Source of the DNA: Octopus vulgaris
Lineage: Eukaryota
Length of the DNA stretch: 64,000 nt
Direction: 5' to 3'
Assembly (NCBI GenBank): GCA_951406725.2
Contig: OX597839.1
Span: 11,532,001 to 11,596,000 of the forward strand
In this document: piece after piece, positions 50,926-64,000 of the stretch
How positions within the stretch are numbered: position 1 is the stretch's first letter
Layout of the letters: every line of letters begins with the position of its first letter
The notes under the pieces: model-generated
The model's input: the letters and a program-made list of their open reading frames with translations, nothing else
The model's database searches: none
What the model was told of the DNA's origin: nothing
Made by a program: the position numbers and the translations under genes

Positions 50926-51869
50926 CACTTGTAACTCATCACTCTTCACTCACATCTCCACTGAACACTTGTCTCTTTCCTGGTTGTTAATGCTAGTGAT
51001 GACAATATTGCTTTCATAATGGTGATGAGTGGAGGCTGACGGGGAGGGAGAGAGAGAGAGAGAGAGAGTGGAGGAGGGAGTTGGTCTGCCTAGCAACTAA
51101 AAACAGGCTGTGTTCAGCTGAGTGACTTTCATAACCCTGACCACACATGCTTTAACCACCACCTCTTCAATCCATGCAAAGAAGCGATGTGCAAACAATG
51201 ACATCTTCAATTGAGCAGAGAGAGAGAAAGAGAGAGAGGGAAAAGCCGGCCGGACGGACGGACAGACAGACAGAGAGTCAGGGGGAAACAGCAACTGCCA
51301 ATACGAGTCATCCATCGAGCTAGCACGATGTGATAAATAGCATTTAAGAAGCCATCGCGTTGTTGTGGCTGGCATTAACAGCAATGTCGATGTATATCCC
51401 GCTGGGGGTAGTGGAGGGAACAGGAGGATGGGCTGGGGGGGAAATCTCTGACAAGCTTAGCTGTAAGTACATTGAGCTGGATTGTAGTGTTAGATGATAG
51501 GGAACTCTTATCCCAGAGAAAGAGAGAGAGAGAGATAACGGTGCTTTATCAGGGTCTTTTTTGTTGTTGTTTCCCTTCGACCCCATCAATGCCAAACGAT
51601 CGACAGACATTGTTTCTAAGTGGACAACCAAATAGAATTGCTAAATAAATATGATTTCACCTTCTTTTGTCAAGCAAAACTCTCACTGGCATAATCTTGA
51701 CCACCAACATAACACCACCAGCAGCACCACTTTGTTCCTTTACCTCACAGTGTAATTCTACAATCACTGTATGAGACTGTGTGTTTATATATGTGGATAT
51801 GTATCCATGTATTTGTGTGTGTGTGTGTGTATGATATATAGGTCGATATATAAAAATTTACCGTGATCT

Positions 51870-52199
51870 TTACCTGCGTCGCCTTACTGGCACTTTTCCT
51901 GCTGGCACGAGCGAGGGCGTTGCCAGTGCCGCTGGACTGGCTCCTGTGCAGGTGGCACAGAAAAAGTCCCATTTGAGCGTGGCCGTTGCCAGTACCATCT
52001 GACTGGCCCTCGTGCCGGTGGCACATACAAGCACCCACTACACTCTAGGAGTGGTTGGCGTTAGGAAGGGCATCCAGCTGTAGAAACTGTGCCAGATCAG
52101 ATTGGAGTCTGGTGCAGCCATCTGGCTCGCCAATCTTCAGTCAAATCGTCCAACCCATGCTAGCATGGAAAGCGGACGTTAAACGATGATGATGATGAT
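51870..52199 (+). mobile_element. SINE family C
   Basis: Near-consensus copy ending GGACGTTAAACGATGATGATGATG. Confidence 0.88.
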
Positions 52200-52214
52200 T
52201 TATATATATTTATG

Positions 52215-52326
52215 TATCAAATCTTCCATTGGTTTCATCTTAAGAAAAATATCTTAATAACTTAACAATTTTTCAAGCCAGTATTAAGATATTTTTCTTA
52301 ACATTAAAACAATCGTAGATTTGATA
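52215..52326. repeat. AT-rich inverted repeat (45-bp arms, 22-nt loop), probable tiny TA-flanked MITE
   Basis: Left arm TATCAAATCTTCCATTGGTTTCATCTTAAGAAAAATATCTTAATA versus reverse complement of the right arm TATCAAATCTACGATTGTTTTAATGTTAAGAAAAATATCTTAATA (5 mismatches). Confidence 0.85.
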
Positions 52327-53128
52327 GTCAAGTAAAGAAATTCTGTCCATGAATGCAGTGTTGAGCACTCATTCTTGTCATTCATCATATACAAATTGTC
52401 CAACCCATGCTAGCATGGAAAGCAGACGTTAAACGGCGATGATGATGATGAAGATGAGATACATATGCACACAGATGCATGGGTTTATGTAATTAATATT
52501 AGATATTCCTTTGTAGATATTCCTTTGAAAATCTTTGTAATTCCTATTAGCAAATGAAACATGTGTAATGGGGAATAAATAATAGTAAACAATTTCCACT
52601 TTCCCGTTTTGTTATGCAATAACCCTGCAAATAATATTTCCATAATTCTCGATTTTAATAGGAACTTTGACTGACGTACAACAGCAATTATGTACACATA
52701 TTGATTGTAATAACGGAGTGAGCAGATGTGCTTCAAGAGGAAACAGCTGGGATTTACCCTAACTACTTATATGATATATATATATATATATATCATCATC
52801 ATTTAGCGTCCGCTTTCCATGCTAGCATGGGTTAGATGGTTCAACTGGAGTCTGGGAAGCCAGAAGGCTGCACCAGGCCCAGTCTGATCTGGTAATGTTT
52901 CTACGGCTGGATGTCCTTCCTAACGCCAACCACTCCGTGAGTGTAGTGGGTGCTTTTTACGTGCCACCGGCATGAGGCCAGGCGAGGCTGGCAACGGCCA
53001 CGATCGGATGGTGCTTTTTACGTGCCACCGACACGGGGACCAGGCGAGGCTGGCAATGGCCACGATCGGATGGTGTGTGTGTGTGTGTATATATATATAT
53101 GTGTGTATTGTATATATATATGTATATA

Positions 53129-53170
<42 letters not shown>

Positions 53171-54123
53171 CATATATATGTATGTATGCATATATATACA
53201 TATGCCCCATTATTAGACTATTTTCTTTAGTCAATACACAGTGATCACTTATAAATGTTAGGCTTATAAGATATTATCATCATTTACAGAATTGTCACTC
53301 ATCACTGCTTCTCAAATCATTATAGAAAACGTGTGTGCATGTGTATGTATATATATATATGTATGTATGTATATATATATATATATGTATGTATATATAT
53401 ATGTAAGTATATATGTGTGTATGTATATATATATAATTTGTGTGTGTGTGTGTATATATATATATATGTATATATGTGTGTGTGTATGTACAAGAGGTAA
53501 CATACACTGCAGGAAGGCATGCAGTCCCGCACAGCCCCTCATAGTCTCCAGCCCCTGCAGCCATAATCTGCGCACAGCATTGTTATTACACTCAGCAAAT
53601 GTTTGATCAGTCTTTACAGGAAATTGAACTCTTAATTGTCTGTAGAAATGCTTCATTATTCCATGGTCTGAGCATGTCTAGGGAGATAAATTTGGGGACA
53701 GCTACACTCTCAGACATTCCCTACTCTCCTCTGTCACTGCAGTTTTATTTATTTATTTATATATTTCTGAAGTTATTTTTAGCTTTAGTTTTTTTTTTTA
53801 GTGTCTCCCTATTCAGAATACTACTTTAGAATTTCCTCTGCTCCATTCTCTCTCTCTCTCTCTCCCACTCACACACACACACATTCACTCTTTTCTCTCC
53901 ACCCTGGTCTCTCTCCCTCTGCACATCTATGTTTTCTTTTTCATTCTGTCCTCTCTATCATCTTTGCTAAATTTCTCCCTTTGTACATTTCCGTTTCTTT
54001 CTCTCTCTCTCTCTCTCTCTCTCTCCCTCTCTCTCTCTCTCAACCTATCCTGTCTATCTATCAATCCATCTATCTACATCCATCCATCTATTTACCAATC
54101 TACCTATCTAGTTATCTTTCTAT

Positions 54124-54285
54124 TAGGGAGAGTTTACGAAAAAAACAACAAAAAATGAAGACAGGTGGTATACAAAACAAACACATGTATTAGTATAGCA
54201 CTCAGGAATAGAAAAAGTCTTTTACACTTCGAGCCTATGCTCTTCTACAGAAAGGGACACAGAAAACAAGGAGAGAAAAAAAAGG
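54124..54285 (-). mobile_element. Second Penelope-like short element with a degenerate hammerhead motif (54219-54254)
   Basis: Minus strand CUUU-CUGUAGA-A-GAGC-AUAG-GCUC-GAAG-UG-UA-AAAG. Same layout as 5384-5590 (GTATTA..CTCAGGAA upstream on +); embedded in (CTAT)n-rich DNA. Confidence 0.55.
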
Positions 54286-54907
54286 AGTCTCTCTGTCTGC
54301 CTATGTATCTGTCCATCTCACTGTATCATTTATCTTTATCCAGCCATCCGGCTCTATCTATCTGTCTGTCTGTTTGTCTGTCTATCTATCTATCTATCTA
54401 TCTATCTATTTATCTGTATTAACTGCTCTTGTGTAAGGGAAGCAGGGCTGGTTTGGATATTACTGCTTTGACCTATATCAGTTACAGAAGAGGAATTTTC
54501 CCCCCTTGATTTTCCAGTCACCGGAAGGGAAGATGAAATTACAACAGGGATCATTATGTTCATCAATGCATATACAAGTGTTTGTATTTTTTACCATTTC
54601 TTTTGCTGTTTCAGTCATAGGACTGCGGTCATGCTGGGGCACTACCTTGAAGGGTTCTAGTCAAATGAATCAACCCTAGTGATATTCTTCTATTTTCTTC
54701 TATTTTTGTCATACCAGTGATTAGTACTTTGTGGGGTTTTTTCTTTCTTGTTTTGTTTTGGTGTTCTGTTGATTCCCGACTGGATGGAATACAAAGCTGA
54801 CCTTGATGAAATTTGAACTCAGACTGTAGGGAATCAGACCATATAGTGCATTGCATTCTGGTCACGATGATGATGATTCTATCTGATGCTCTAACAGCCA
54901 GCAATTT

Positions 54908-55436
54908 GCTCACAAGGCTTTGGTCGGCCCGAGGCTATAGCAGAAGACACTTGCCCAAGGTGCCATGCAGTGGGACTGAACCTGGAACCATGTGCTTGGT
55001 AAGAAAACTACTTACCTCACAGCCACTCCTATATTATATATTATTATTATTATATAGGCGTAGGAGTGGCTGTGTGGTAAGTAGCTTGCTTACCAGCCAC
55101 ATGGTTCCAGGTTCAGTCCCAGTGTGTGGCACTTTGGGCAAGTGTCTTCTCCTATAGCCTCGGGCCGACCAAAGCCTTGGTTGACGGAAATTGAAAGAAG
55201 CCAATCGTATATATGTATGTGTGTGTATATGTTTATGTGTCTGTGTTTGTCCCCCCAACATCACTTGACAACTGATGCTAGTGTGTTTACGTCCCCGTAA
55301 CTTAGTGGTTCGGCAAAAGAGACCAATAGAATAAGTACTAGGCTTACAAAGACTAAGTCCTGGGGGTCGATTTGCTCGACCAAAGGCGGTGCTCCAGCAT
55401 GGCCACAATCAAATGACTGAAACAAGTAAAAGAGTA
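54908..55436. mobile_element. Head-to-head pair of family-A SINEs
   Basis: Minus copy 54908-55031 and plus copy 55057-55436, separated by about 25 bp of AT-rich spacer. Confidence 0.9.
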
Positions 55437-56031
55437 TATATATATATAGGAGTGTTTGTCCCCCACCACCGCTTGGCTACTAGTGTTGATTTATATCCCC
55501 ATAACTTAGTGATTCAGCAAAAGAGACTGATAAAATAAGTACTAGGCTCAATTTGTTCCCAGAATGGCTGCCATCCAATGACTGAAACAAGTAAAAGATA
55601 AAATGTGTGTGTGTGTGTGTGTGTGTGTATGCCTGCATATCTTCATTGTTAGTGACAACTTACTGACAGCCGACCACCACCATAACAATTGATAATTTGT
55701 CACAGCTTTGCTTTAATAGTGTGTATTATATCAATAGTCTTGTGTGACACCTGCTTTGTATGAACATGATTCTCTCTCTCTCTCTCTATCTTGTGTGTGT
55801 GTGTGTGTGTGTGTGTGTTTCATGCAATCTAGTCCTCAGTGCTTCAAGATGTAGAGTGATTTATTTTGAAAAAAGATTACCTTTCATTGAAAGTGGATTA
55901 CCAATGTATATTAGTCACCAATAATGTGTGTGTATTATATATATATGTATATATATATATATATAATATGTACACACACACACATATAAATGTACTTATT
56001 CTAAGTTAGGCACTTATAGTTATGTACCCAT

Positions 56032-56198
56032 AGGCTTAGGAGTGGCTGTGTGGTAAGTAGCTTGCTTATGAACCACATGGTTCCAGGTTCAGTCCCATTG
56101 TGTGGTACCTTGGGCGGGCAAGTGTCTTCTACAATAGCCTTGGGCCAACCAAAGCCTTGTGAGTAGATTTGGTAAACAGAAACTGAAAGAAGCCCTTC

Positions 56199-56250
<52 letters not shown>

Positions 56251-56462
56251 ATGATTGTGTGTCTGTGTTTGTCCCCCCAACATCGCTTGACAACCGATGC
56301 TGGTGTGTTTACCTCCCCGTAACTTAGCGGTTCGGCAAAAGAGACCGATAGAATAAGTACTAGGCTTACAAAGAATAAGTCCTGGAGTCGATTTGCCCGT
56401 GTAAAGGCAGTGCTCCAGCGTGGCCACAGTCAAATGACAAACAAGTAAACGAGTAAAAGAGT
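56032..56462 (+). mobile_element. SINE family A, full length
   Basis: Complete head, internal (TA)n(TG)n and GAGTAAAAGAG tail. Confidence 0.9.
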
Positions 56463-56514
56463 ATAACTAGTTTCCCAAGTTTTGGGAACATAAACAAATC
56501 CTTTAAAGGGAATG

Positions 56515-57150
56515 GCACCATAGTGTTAAAAACAGACACATAGTGTTAGGGACAGTGTCACAGAGTTTGGGATAGTGTTGAGGTGTTAAGGACTTTGCCA
56601 TAGTGTTAAAGATGGTGTGATAGTGTTAGGGACAATGTGGCAGTGTTAGATACTTTGTAACAGTGTTACAGAGTGTCACATTCTTAAGAATAGTGTTGAA
56701 TCCTAAGGACACTTTTTAGGTGTTATGAACAGTGTTGCAGTGTTAGACACTTTGTTACAGTGTTATAGATAGTGTCACAGTGTTAAGGATGGTGTCGCAG
56801 TGTTAATTACATTGTTGTAGTTTTAGCTACTTTGTTACAGTGTTAAGGACAGTGTGATAGTTATAGGAACAGTGTATCAATGTCTCAGTGTTGCAGTGTT
56901 AAGGACAGTGTTGTAATGTAAAGGATAAGTGTTGAGGACAGTGTTGCAGTGTTATGTGTAGTGTTATAATGTTAAGACAGTGTTATAGTGTTAAGGACAG
57001 TGTCACAGTGTTAAAGACAGTGTAATAGTGTTAGAGGCAGTGTATAAATCTTACATACTTCGTCATAATGTCATAGTATTAAACATAGTGTTGCAGTGTT
57101 AAAACAGTGTTGCATTGTTAGACACCACTATGTCAAAGTGTTACAGACAA
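56515..57150. repeat. Degenerate short-period tandem repeat (ACAGTGTT)
   Basis: (C/T)AGTGTT recurs dozens of times with alternating spacing of about 10 and 13 bp. Confidence 0.85.
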
Positions 57151-57435
57151 TGTCAGAATGATAGATGTGTCATATCAGACTGTGAAAGCCATCTACACTG
57201 TTTCATAATTAAAGACATTCTTGTTGATATAAGAGCTGTTACATTGAAAAAAGGGGTAGTTTATGTTGATAAAGGGTAGTTTATGTTGATAAAGGGGTGG
57301 TTCTGTTGATAAAGGGGGAGTAGGGGGAAGTAATGTTGATATGAGTTTAGTAATGCTAGCGTAAGACTAGTTATGTTAAGAGTTCTTTAAAGATAAGAGC
57401 TGATGTGTTAATTTTTTTTAATACTCTGAGATTGG

Positions 57436-57910
<475 letters not shown>

Positions 57911-58192
57911 TATATCTACATATGTATATATTTGTATATCTATGTGTGTATGTGTAGCATATCTATGGGTGGATGTAAATGCATGTGATTGTATTAAGAT
58001 GAGAACAGAAATAGTTAGATAACATGAGTTGTCTTAAGAATTCCCTTATCGCATCTCTTTGCCGATGTTGTATGCCTCCTCCTATCTGTATCAGCATCAT
58101 CATCACCATCCAGAAATGTTGATATCATTTATAGTGGTTTTGTATTACCGATCCTTCTTCAACATACTGAGTCCATACTAGCTTTCTTTCTC

Positions 58193-58242
<50 letters not shown>

Positions 58243-58344
58243 CCACTTTCTCTCTCTCTCTCTCTCTCTCTTGCACACACACACACACACACAAAGTATG
58301 GTTCAGGCTACCAGTTGAGTTACACTGAGAACATATATCCTTTA

Positions 58345-58545
58345 TATGACTGTGGCCATGCTGGACCACCACCTTGGAGGACTGAGTCGAACAAATCAAC
58401 CCTAGTACTTTTTTTTTAAAGCCTGGTACTTATTCTATTGGTGTCTTTTACTGAACTGCTAAGTTAGAGGGTTGTAAACAAACCAACAGTTTTCAAGCGG
58501 TGGTGATGAGGTACAAACACAAACACAAGCAAATACATAGACATA

Positions 58546-58582
<37 letters not shown>

Positions 58583-58730
58583 AGGCTTCTTTTCAGTTTC
58601 CGTTTACAAAATCCATTTGCAAGTCTTTGATCAGCTCAGAGCTATTTGTAGAAGACACTTACCCATAGTGACATACTGTGGGACTGAACCTGAAACCATG
58701 TGGTTGGAAAGCAAACTTCTTACTGCACAG
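58345..58730 (-). mobile_element. SINE family A, diverged
   Basis: Reverse complement of family A with internal (CA)n. Confidence 0.78.
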
Positions 58731-59504
58731 TTCCCCCACCCACCCCACACACACACACCACCGGTACCCACATAACATATTTATTATTCTGTGTTTTTAT
58801 AGTATACTTATTTTTATAGATAGTTATAGTGTAAAAAATTTTAAAAAAAGCCTTTCAACTAAGTAGTCAAGCTCTGTTAATATTGCATAGACGGACACAT
58901 TTCACAGATGTCTAACTAGATAGACGTAGGTTTATAGGTGTCGACGATATACGTAGACATAGCATGTAGATGCTAGATACACAGGTTAGATGTACAGAGG
59001 TGCTGTGTTTGTGTGTGCGTAAACATATTTTCCTGCTTACTGAATCCGTCTTTGGTTAATTTAGCGTGTTGCAAGAGTGTGCCAGAACTATGTCCCCCTT
59101 CCGAAAATGTCTTAAAATGTTGTTTTGCTTCAGAAAAAGAACAATATACACACGTGTGTGTGGTGTGTGTACATATATACCAATGTGTATTTATGTATAT
59201 ATCTACATGCATGTGTGTGTGTATATATAAGCCTGTATATGTATGCATTTATAATTGTGTATGTATGTATCTATATTTGTGTGTATATATATATATTTGT
59301 CTGTATATGTATGTACACACATATGTATTCTGTGTGAGTGAGTATATATATATATGTATGTGTATATATATATATATATGTATTAGTATATGTATTTATA
59401 TGTGTGTACATATATATATATATATGTATGTACTTGTGTGTGTGCGTGTATATATATATATATATATATTTATATATGTATATGTATTAGTATATGTATT
59501 TATG

Positions 59505-59542
<38 letters not shown>

Positions 59543-60392
59543 CTTGTGTGTGTGCGTGTAGATATATATATGTATATATATATATATATATAAACATTAT
59601 TGTTCCTAAATCACTCAACAAGAGACATTCAATAACAGTACCTTAAAGTAAAGATTATTTGCCAACATAATATGGCAGTCTCGGTTAGGATAAATGTTAC
59701 TGTTGTTTTAGCCCCAGGGAACATGTTGGCGAATAATCTTTACTATATATATATATATGTGTGTGTGTGTACATATATGTATAAGCACTGGCATGGTTGT
59801 ATGGTAAAAAGTTTGCTGGCCAATCTCATGGCTCTGAGTTCAATCCCACTCCGTGGTATCTTGGGCAAGTGTCTTCTACTACAGCCCTAGGCTGACCAAA
59901 GCCTTGTGAGTAGAATTGGTAGATGGAAGCTGAAAGAAATGCCATCACGTATGTGTGAGTTTGTGGGCGGAGGGAGTGGTGGTTGTGTCTCCTTGCCTTG
60001 ATATGTGGTGGTCATATATGGCTGTCATATAAGTAGTGACATTCATTTTTTAATAGTCTGCAATAACATGTCTGGCCATGAAGAAAAGGAAAACATCATT
60101 TATTGAGACGTTCTAAATTGCCCCTAATAATGCAGAAATCCTGACCAAGAGGAAGATGTGGGGAAGATGTGGTCAAATATGGAAGGAAAAAGAAATTTTG
60201 TTTAAGGGCATTCTATTGTGAAAATTGCCCAGCAATGACAGGCTACTTAGATAGTATATAACATGTATGTGTGTGTGTGTGTGTGTATATACATATGTAT
60301 GTAACAGTATAGTATTCTGCAGTTGTTACCTGTCTAATGTGAGGTATACCTTATTACAATTGTTTGTAATACATTGTTTCATTATGTCACCT

Positions 60393-60939
60393 ATTTCTTT
60401 ACTACCCTCAAGGGGCTAAACACAGAAAGGACAAACAAGGATAGATTAACGGATTAAGTCGATTATATCGACCCCAGTGCGTAACTGGTATTTAATTTAT
60501 CGACCCCGAAAGGATAACAGGCAAAGTCGACCTTGGCGGAATTTGAACTCAGAACGTAACGGCAGACGAAATACCAATTTCTTTACTACCCACAAGGGGC
60601 TAAACACAGAAAGGACAAACAAGGACAGACTAATGGATTAAGTCGATTATATCGACCCCAGTGTGTAACTGGTACTTAATTTATCGACTCCGAAAGGATG
60701 AAAGGCAAATTCGACCTCGGCGGAATTTGAACTCGGAACGTTGTGGCAGACGAAATACCTATTTCTTTACTACCCACAAGGGGCTAGACTCCAGTGCGTA
60801 ACTGGTACTTAATTTATCGACCCCGAAAGGATGAAAGGCAAAGTCGACCTCGGCGGAATTTGAACTCAGAACGTAGCGGCAGACGAAATATTGCTAAGCA
60901 TTTCGCCCGGCGTGCTAACGTTTCTGCCAGCTCGCCGCC
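60393..60939 (-). mobile_element. Tandem trimer of family-B SINE under one TSD
   Basis: ATTTCTTTACTACC starts three units (about 60393, 60577 and 60761). 11-bp TSD TTATGTCACCT at 60382-60392 and 60940-60950. Confidence 0.9.
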
Positions 60940-60965
60940 TTATGTCACCTGCACACAGCAATATA

Positions 60966-61167
60966 TGAAGGGGTGCTGAAAAGTTCCTAGTTTTAAGGTA
61001 ATCATGGGCCCAGCCTTCTGAGTTCATTTACAGGGCTTAGAAAAAGTGAGGGACTACTACCATAAGTGTGTGTATCTGAGAGGGAAATATCTTCAATAAA
61101 ATCATAATTAACTGATCCTCCTGTATTTTCTTTTACCCAAAGCCAGGAATATTTCAGCAGCCCCTCA
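60966..61167 (+). mobile_element. Mariner-derived MITE
   Basis: TA|TGAAGGGGTGCTGAAAAGTTCCT ... AGGAATATTTCAGCAGCCCCTCA|TA. The interior resembles a decayed mariner C-terminus (..KCVYLRGKYLQ*). Confidence 0.78.
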
Positions 61168-61959
61168 TACAAATATTTTATTACACAACTATGTTGTGTA
61201 ATATGTCGTTGTCTTAGGTGTATAGTATGCTATGTGAGTACTAGCTACACCTGTCTGTGATATTATCGATATCTCACCTGTACAGAATGATGTGCATACC
61301 CTGTTACACTCCTCTGTAGTATATAATGTACATAGTATAATGTATCATTATCTCACCTGCACAGTGAGATGTGAATACTTTACTTCATCTGTCTGTGATG
61401 CAGTGTATAGGTGTCTCTCACTTGTGCAGTGTTATGTGATGTCTTGTCACACCTGTCTGTAATGCAGTTATCTCACCTGTACAGCGTGATTGATGATTTG
61501 AAGTGGTTGGCGACGGCTTTATTGTCAACATCGAACTGCGAGCTTCCTGGAGTTAGTTCCACCAAACTCTGACAGCGTCAGCAGCAATGACGATGACGAC
61601 ACACACACGCACACACACACTGCATTTGTAGTCTGCAGGCTGCATGATGCCCCCCCTCTCTCTCTCTCTCACTGCCCTACTGCTGCACTGCTGTAGGTAG
61701 GTAGATAGGTAAATGATGTTTCACTGTGCTACTATGTCAGTTTACACTAACTACAGCAGTTTCGGGAGGCAGGGAGGACAAGTATTGAATATGTCTATAT
61801 AGATATCTATATATACACACATGTGCTCACACATTTATAATGCTGTGGTTGCTGAAAGGTTTGCATATTGCAACAGCTGTTGCGCAACAGCACATTTTAA
61901 CAGTCATCGGTTGCTATAGGTGCTTCTGTTTCTTGCAGCTATTCCCTCTCTCTCGCATA

Positions 61960-62002
<43 letters not shown>

Positions 62003-62003
62003 T

Positions 62004-62142
<139 letters not shown>

Positions 62143-62204
62143 AGATGTATATGTGTACATATATATACATGCATGTGTGTAAATGTTGTTGTATGTGTAC
62201 ATTT

Positions 62205-62241
<37 letters not shown>

Positions 62242-62305
62242 CCTAAGTAAAGTCATACGACTAGCTCTTTCTCTCTCTCTCTCACTCTCTGTCTCTCTCA
62301 CTATC

Positions 62306-62391
<86 letters not shown>

Positions 62392-62893
62392 TACGTAGGT
62401 ATATGTATACTCAAACACATATACATATATATATATATATATATATACACACACCCCACTTCCTCCACCACCAGATCTAATGAAGGACAATTGACTTTTA
62501 GTGATTTAGTATATAGTGCAAAGCCATCTCAGTTATTAATTATACAGTTAATAAGTGTTAATCATTAAATCTAGTGCAGAATGTGTTGTGACTTGTGGTC
62601 ATTTAGTACAAGTGAACGACAGACAGACAGACATGGTGTGGATCAGAGCAATGTAGGGTTGTGAAGGCCATGTTGTGACTGGCCATTAGGTACAGTGATG
62701 GCTGTGTTGTGAGTTTTGGTCATTGAGTGTGGTGAAGAACAGGCTTTGTTGTGACTGAAAAAACCAAATATTGAATATCTTTTCTTTCAAATAAAATCTA
62801 CCAAAATTCTGGGTGTGGCACAGTAAACTACATCCTTTCATTACTGCAGTGAAATTTAATGTGATACACAGCCCACCCCTTTTCAGTGACTGA

Positions 62894-62967
<74 letters not shown>

Positions 62968-63363
62968 TTGTGTATGCGTGTGTTTTATAAACACCGAATG
63001 CATACAGTCACAGCCTGTGTATATATTGTGCTTAAGCAAAGCTCTATATCAGGCTGGTGGGAGGTGTGTGTGTACGCTGGTGTTTTATAAACATACATTA
63101 TACACACAGCCTGTGTATACAGTGTGTACAAGTAAAGCTCTGTATTGGGAAGTTTGTGCACACGTGTGTGTGTGTGTGTGTGTGTAGTTTAGACTCAGCA
63201 GCAAATCAGTTTGTTTCTTGTAATTCCTGGTGAAGTAGTGTTGTATAATATGGTATACATTCTGTCTCCACTGCTCTCTCTCTCCTTCCTTCAACTTCAA
63301 CATCCTCTATTTGTATGTGTGTCTATATATATATATATACTTATACACACGTGTGTGTATATA

Positions 63364-63413
<50 letters not shown>

Positions 63414-63464
63414 CACACATATATATGTATATACTGCCTAACTCTTCCACCCTGCATTCATCAG

Positions 63465-63475
63465 GGGTTCTCCAG
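63465..63475 (+). other. Candidate 11-nt microexon GGGTTCTCCAG
   Basis: CCTAAC branch-point match, then TCTTCCACCCTGCATTCATCAG, and a consensus donor CAG|GTAAGA, in a small unique island between microsatellites. Confidence 0.3.
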
Positions 63476-63617
63476 GTAAGAGTGATGGAGAGATGTTAGA
63501 TAAACACAGCTCAGCATGTGTACTCGGGTACTCTATCTCTGCCTCTCTTTGTCACAGTATATATGCATCTGTGTATGTGTTTGTGTATATATGTGTCTGT
63601 ATATATACATACATATA

Positions 63618-63679
<62 letters not shown>

Positions 63680-64000
63680 CATACACACACATGAATTATG
63701 TGTGTACACGCCCACATGCAATCTTACAGGTATACACATACATACAAACATGCTTTTCTCTCCTACTAAGTAGTATTCTAACAGCTTTGTACTTCTCATT
63801 AGACCTCTACCCGACCTCCCCCCTCTCTCTCTCCCCCTCTCTCTCTCCCCCCCCTCTCTCTCTCTCCCCCTCTCTGTATATATGTATGTGTCATTGTTCC
63901 TATAGATTTCAGAAACCTACTACCCAGGAACTACATGTCCACACAGTTGTTTTATATCCTTGCTGATGCTGTGTATACTTTAGTATTAATATATTATCAT

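Noticed and set aside
54518-54580. Good acceptor TTGATTTTCCAG followed by an open frame SPEGKMKLQQG
   Set aside because: No credible donor downstream.

Overview
Eukaryotic, AT-rich, repeat-saturated DNA. The mix of tRNA-derived SINEs, MITEs and very dense (TA)n/(CA)n/(CT)n/(CAT)n microsatellites looks like a coleoid cephalopod (Octopus-type) genome; this is inferred from repeat style, not proven. Nearly all ORFs in the supplied track are artefacts of microsatellites or SINEs. The window reads best as the 5' part of one large + strand gene. It has a possible non-coding exon ending at 9953 and a start exon (ATG 11503, donor 11539), followed by phase-0 exons of 117, 36 and 24 nt (38239-38355, 42653-42688, 49625-49648). 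These join to MEPHNCSVKQQS-ETNSPQSSIQMTDNSLCHQLEEPQSNGPSGSLSGDRLSD-ASSPSTTGNGYQ-CDSESGDQ; the gene is not identified. The introns hold at least five SINE families, a decayed DD37D (maT) Tc1/mariner transposon, RTE and R4/Dong-type LINE remnants, Merlin-like, piggyBac-like and mariner MITEs, several minisatellites, and islands of unique TAAT/TGACA-rich sequence. The most notable observations are minimal hammerhead-ribozyme motifs in short microsatellite-embedded elements, two locally templated insertions inside SINEs, a SINE trimer under a single target-site duplication, a SINE-seeded higher-order minisatellite, and microexon candidates. Repeat boundaries were read by eye and are approximate unless a TSD or TIR is quoted.
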